NCBI GenBank assembly: GCA_003166335.1
Contig: PMWA01000093.1
Span: 1-11,857, forward strand
Reading direction: 5' to 3'
Origin: Methanobacterium sp.
GTDB taxonomy: Archaea > Methanobacteriota > Methanobacteria > Methanobacteriales > Methanobacteriaceae
DNA length: 11,857 bases
Shown: piece after piece, positions 9,099 through 11,857 of the stretch
How the letters are laid out: each line of letters begins with the position of its first letter
Position numbering within the stretch: the stretch's first letter is position 1
Position numbers and translations under genes: made by a program
The notes under the pieces: generated by a model
What the model was told of the DNA's origin: nothing
What the model saw: only the letters and a program-made list of their open reading frames with translations
The model's database searches: none

Positions 9099-9450
9099 GA
9101 ACTTTTATTCTCCATTCATTTCAGTTTAATTTAATTTATAATAACATATCTAAATTTTATTGCCTGGCTGTGATAAAAACAATATATGTGGAAGGGATTA
9201 CTCAGATTGATGCTAAATCTCAATATATTCCACCAAGCATCAAATGATTGTATAGCTTAAAGCTTGGATAGTGCATGTTGAAATATGGTTTTTCTAAACT
9301 CATCTTCTGGAACACTAGAAATATGAAAAAATTAAAAATCAAAAGAGGATATTGAATTATTTTGGAGCAGCTTATGGATATAAAAAGTTAAATAGAATCC
9401 TAAAGCTCTAAAGCGAAAAAGTATGTGATTCACTTATTTCAACGCAAATT

Positions 9451-9987
9451 TCATCTTTTAATAACTGGCAACCGCACCTCAGTTAGCAGTTCCTCCTCCG
9501 GAGTTTTCATAGGATCATTAAAATATGCTTCACTAATCGGTCCTACAATGTCATAATCATTTTTTACCGAGTATTCGATTACAGCATGAATTATTGGACC
9601 TACTTTAGTGTATGGTCCTTTGTGCATGGCGGCCAGTACTGAATGTTCCGGTATTTCCTTAATTCCTACTTTACCCTCTGATTGTACGTCACCCTCAAAT
9701 CCAAAACCGATCTCGTATTGCAGTTTATCCTCACTAACTTCCTCTGGAGAGTTCAAATAAGTTCCATAGACTAACCCAGTCATTTTCAATTTTTTATCCA
9801 TTAACCACTGTGCCACTTCCTGTATAAGTTCTGGAATCTTATCATAACTCCCTACGTAAGGTATATATGCAACTTTTTCTGATTTCACCCTAAGTAGTTT
9901 TATCTGAATTTTTTCAGAATTATTATTATTTTTTATTTCTCCTTCTCCTACAATTTCTTCGCTCTCTACCCTTTTCTCGATTTCCAT
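9451..9987 (-). CDS. GyrI-like small-molecule-binding domain protein (stand-alone effector-binding domain)
   Basis: Two pseudo-repeats, VAYIPYVGSYDKI...YLNSP...YEIG and AAMHKGPYTKV...EAYFNDP...LLTEVRLPV. RBS GAGGGG. No HTH domain attached. Confidence 0.9.
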   Translation of the reverse strand: MEIEKRVESEEIVGEGEIKNNNNSEKIQIKLLRVKSEKVAYIPYVGSYDKIPELIQEVAQWLMDKKLKMTGLVYGTYLNSPEEVSEDKLQYEIGFGFEGDVQSEGKVGIKEIPEHSVLAAMHKGPYTKVGPIIHAVIEYSVKNDYDIVGPISEAYFNDPMKTPEEELLTEVRLPVIKR

Positions 9988-10125
9988 ATTTGACCCCTCT
10001 TTAAAACAACTATTTACCTTGAATTATTAATATATTGTGATTTTGGCTAAAGAACACCCATTTTTTAAGAAGAAAAACTGAAAAAGTATTAATTATAAAA
10101 ATTTCATTTCAATTATTCTCTATCC

Positions 10126-10140
10126 AATAAAGTTTAAATA
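10126..10140 (+). promoter_or_regulatory. Candidate BRE-TATA promoter for ORF 10181
   Basis: AATAAAG followed by TTTAAATA (10133-10140), 40 nt upstream of GTG 10181. G-rich RBS-like GGGGGT at 10169-10174. Confidence 0.5.
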
Positions 10141-10180
10141 ATATGGTTAATTACTCCTGTAATAACCTGGGGGTTTTAAA

Positions 10181-10738
10181 GTGGGAGTTTTTGGGGAAAA
10201 TTTAAACCAATATTTCGAAGATAAATATAGAGATATAGAAAGGAGAATTAGCTCACTCAAAACTGAAAAATTCCGTGAATTAGATAAAAAGCAATACATA
10301 AACGAATTAGTAGAAGAATTTAGTATTGATATTCCCATCGTTAATTTTAGTAGTAAGATTGATCCTGAAATGGTCCGAATACACATTGAACCGAAGACTC
10401 TAAAGAACTTTATTGGTTATTATGAAGATAGAATAAAGTATAAAATCCCATTTGATGGAGATAGTCAATTATTAAAGTATATGGTTTTTGGAATGGATAA
10501 AACAAAACTTGAAGAAGAATATATTTGTTTTGAAATAACCAAAGAGAACAATAAAGAAAACGTAAACATTCTACAAAAACAAACTAAAAAAACTTTAGAA
10601 TCAAAATATGAATTGCTAACTAATAAAATAAAAGAATACAATGAAACTTTACAAAATAAGATTGAAGAAATATATGATAAACGTAATAAAAAAATCTCAA
10701 ATGATGATGATTTTCTTAACAGTTTAGATGATATATAA
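10181..10738 (+). CDS. Hypothetical protein with central IPFDGDxxL motif and C-terminal coiled coil
   Basis: 185-codon ORF in AT-rich DNA with promoter- and RBS-like signals; K/E-rich heptad-like C-terminus. Confidence 0.75.
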   Translation: MGVFGENLNQYFEDKYRDIERRISSLKTEKFRELDKKQYINELVEEFSIDIPIVNFSSKIDPEMVRIHIEPKTLKNFIGYYEDRIKYKIPFDGDSQLLKYMVFGMDKTKLEEEYICFEITKENNKENVNILQKQTKKTLESKYELLTNKIKEYNETLQNKIEEIYDKRNKKISNDDDFLNSLDDI

Positions 10739-10782
10739 TTTAGTAGTTCATAATTCTTTTATCTTTAATGGAGGTTAAGAAT

Positions 10783-11085
10783 ATGAATGGTGATGATTTG
10801 GAAGATGAAGAAGAATTCCTAATATTTAGAGACATGGCAGATGAAAACGGTAAGATAGTCATTGATCTCGGAGATGAGAATATAGATATAAATTTTCTTA
10901 AAATTTTAGCAGCAGGACGTCCAAATCAAAATCCTAAGGACTGGGAAAGGGTTATAAACGAAATAGAAAATTCAGATAATTATATAGCGGCTTTAACGGT
11001 TTTAGAACGATATTTTAAGGTTTTTTATATTTCTTCCAGCGTAGATAACCTTGAAAGATTTTGTAAAGTTAGATTCAATGAATGA
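10783..11085 (+). CDS. Small acidic hypothetical protein
   Basis: 100 aa from ATG 10783, with a strong RBS GGAGGT at 10770-10775. Composition is protein-like. Confidence 0.75.
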   Translation: MNGDDLEDEEEFLIFRDMADENGKIVIDLGDENIDINFLKILAAGRPNQNPKDWERVINEIENSDNYIAALTVLERYFKVFYISSSVDNLERFCKVRFNE

Positions 11086-11114
11086 ATATTAAATAACTTC
11101 ATTTATTATTCATT

Positions 11115-11402
11115 CTAATTGTTGTTTTTCTCTTGTTTGGAACCCATTTTCCTATTTTTCATAAAATCCTGTCTGATTTCTGCAAAATATTTATTATATT
11201 TAACAGAATTCATGAAATAACTTAAACGGTCTAGGGGAATTGTATCAAGAATCCTACTTGCTAATGCAATATTCTCATCTTCCAAAGCCTTATTATAAGT
11301 ATCCAGCTCTGGCATTTGGAAAATTTCTTCATATATTTCTAGATCCCGCCAAATATCTTTCTCATTTCTATTATTGTTTAGAGCCCCTATTATAATAATC
11401 AT
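11115..11402 (-). CDS. Small hypothetical helical protein
   Basis: 95-codon ORF convergent with the previous gene (29-nt gap). No clear RBS, so the start is uncertain. Confidence 0.55.
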   Translation of the reverse strand: MIIIIGALNNNRNEKDIWRDLEIYEEIFQMPELDTYNKALEDENIALASRILDTIPLDRLSYFMNSVKYNKYFAEIRQDFMKNRKMGSKQEKNNN

Positions 11403-11758
11403 ATCTTTACTATTAATTATAGTAATACTTATTTATCTAAAACAAAGCATATTTAAATCGTATTAATAAAAAGACAAAACTAAAAGAGCTAGAAGACTAA
11501 ATAAGCAATTATAATGGCTTAATAAAGGAAGAAGGTGATTATACGGGCTTCTATTTTTTAAACATCTGCGCCCATTTAGCAGAATGCTAGCATTGGCTTA
11601 AACGTTTACTCTCTTGGTTGCTTGTTGGCTTTTTTATGCTTCTTTTTTTTTGATCTGGAATTTTGCCATTTTTAAGGAGCAATTATAATTATTGGCTTAT
11701 TCAAAAGTAATGTTTAAAAGATGGTTCTTTATGAGTAGAAATAAAGATTCGATATACA

Positions 11759-11857
11759 ATGATATTTGTAGTCAGGCCATTTGTTTTAGAGGATGTGGAT
11801 TTTGTAATATCTGGTCAATTGAATTTATATGAAGTAGAACATGGCTTTACCTCTGAA
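11759..11857 (+). CDS. Probable GNAT-family N-acetyltransferase, N-terminal fragment (runs off window; not in ORF track)
   Basis: ATG 11759 gives MIFVVRPFVLEDVDFVISGQLNLYEVEHGFTSE, open to the window end. It has the 'xRPFxxxDxxxI...LYxxExGF' start typical of GNAT domains of the MarR-GNAT type. Confidence 0.6.
   Translation, partial: MIFVVRPFVLEDVDFVISGQLNLYEVEHGFTSE

Noticed and set aside
9140..9360. Possible pseudogene between the methyltransferase and GyrI-like genes
   Set aside because: Short open stretches exist on both strands (e.g. VIKTIYVEGITQIDAKSQYIPPSIK), but none matches a family I recognise. Not supportable without a search.
10147..10386. 79-aa minus-strand ORF
   Set aside because: Antisense to ORF 10181, which has better promoter/RBS signals and composition.
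11710..11832. 40-aa + strand ORF containing CFRGCGFCNIW, a CxxxCxxC radical-SAM-like motif
   Set aside because: It stops a few codons after the motif and overlaps, in another frame, the more convincing GNAT-like start at 11759. Most likely a shadow-frame coincidence.

Overview
AT-rich archaeal window, most consistent with a Methanobacteriales methanogen (Methanobacterium-like; inferred from protein sequences and gene order). It has three parts. (1) Core genes: the 3' end of top6B, then top6A and the archaeal type II GAPDH gene gap. (2) A tightly coupled five-gene + strand operon (about 2987-8288). It encodes a UbiA-family polyprenyl-phosphate phosphoribosyltransferase-like enzyme, a GT-C-type membrane glycosyltransferase, a PHP phosphoesterase, a UPF0104/LPG-synthase-TM flippase-like protein and a DUF362 protein. 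This is the most interesting element. It reads as a self-contained archaeal pathway for making, flipping and transferring a lipid-linked pentofuranose. It parallels the mycobacterial decaprenyl-phospho-arabinose route, but unrelated families appear to fill the phosphatase, flippase and possibly epimerase slots. (3) An accessory patch: a SAM methyltransferase, a GyrI-like protein, three hypothetical ORFs (some resembling mobile-element or defence-associated proteins) and the start of a probable GNAT gene not in the ORF track. No rRNA, tRNA, CRISPR array or transposase was seen. All family calls come from motif recognition by eye, without database searches.
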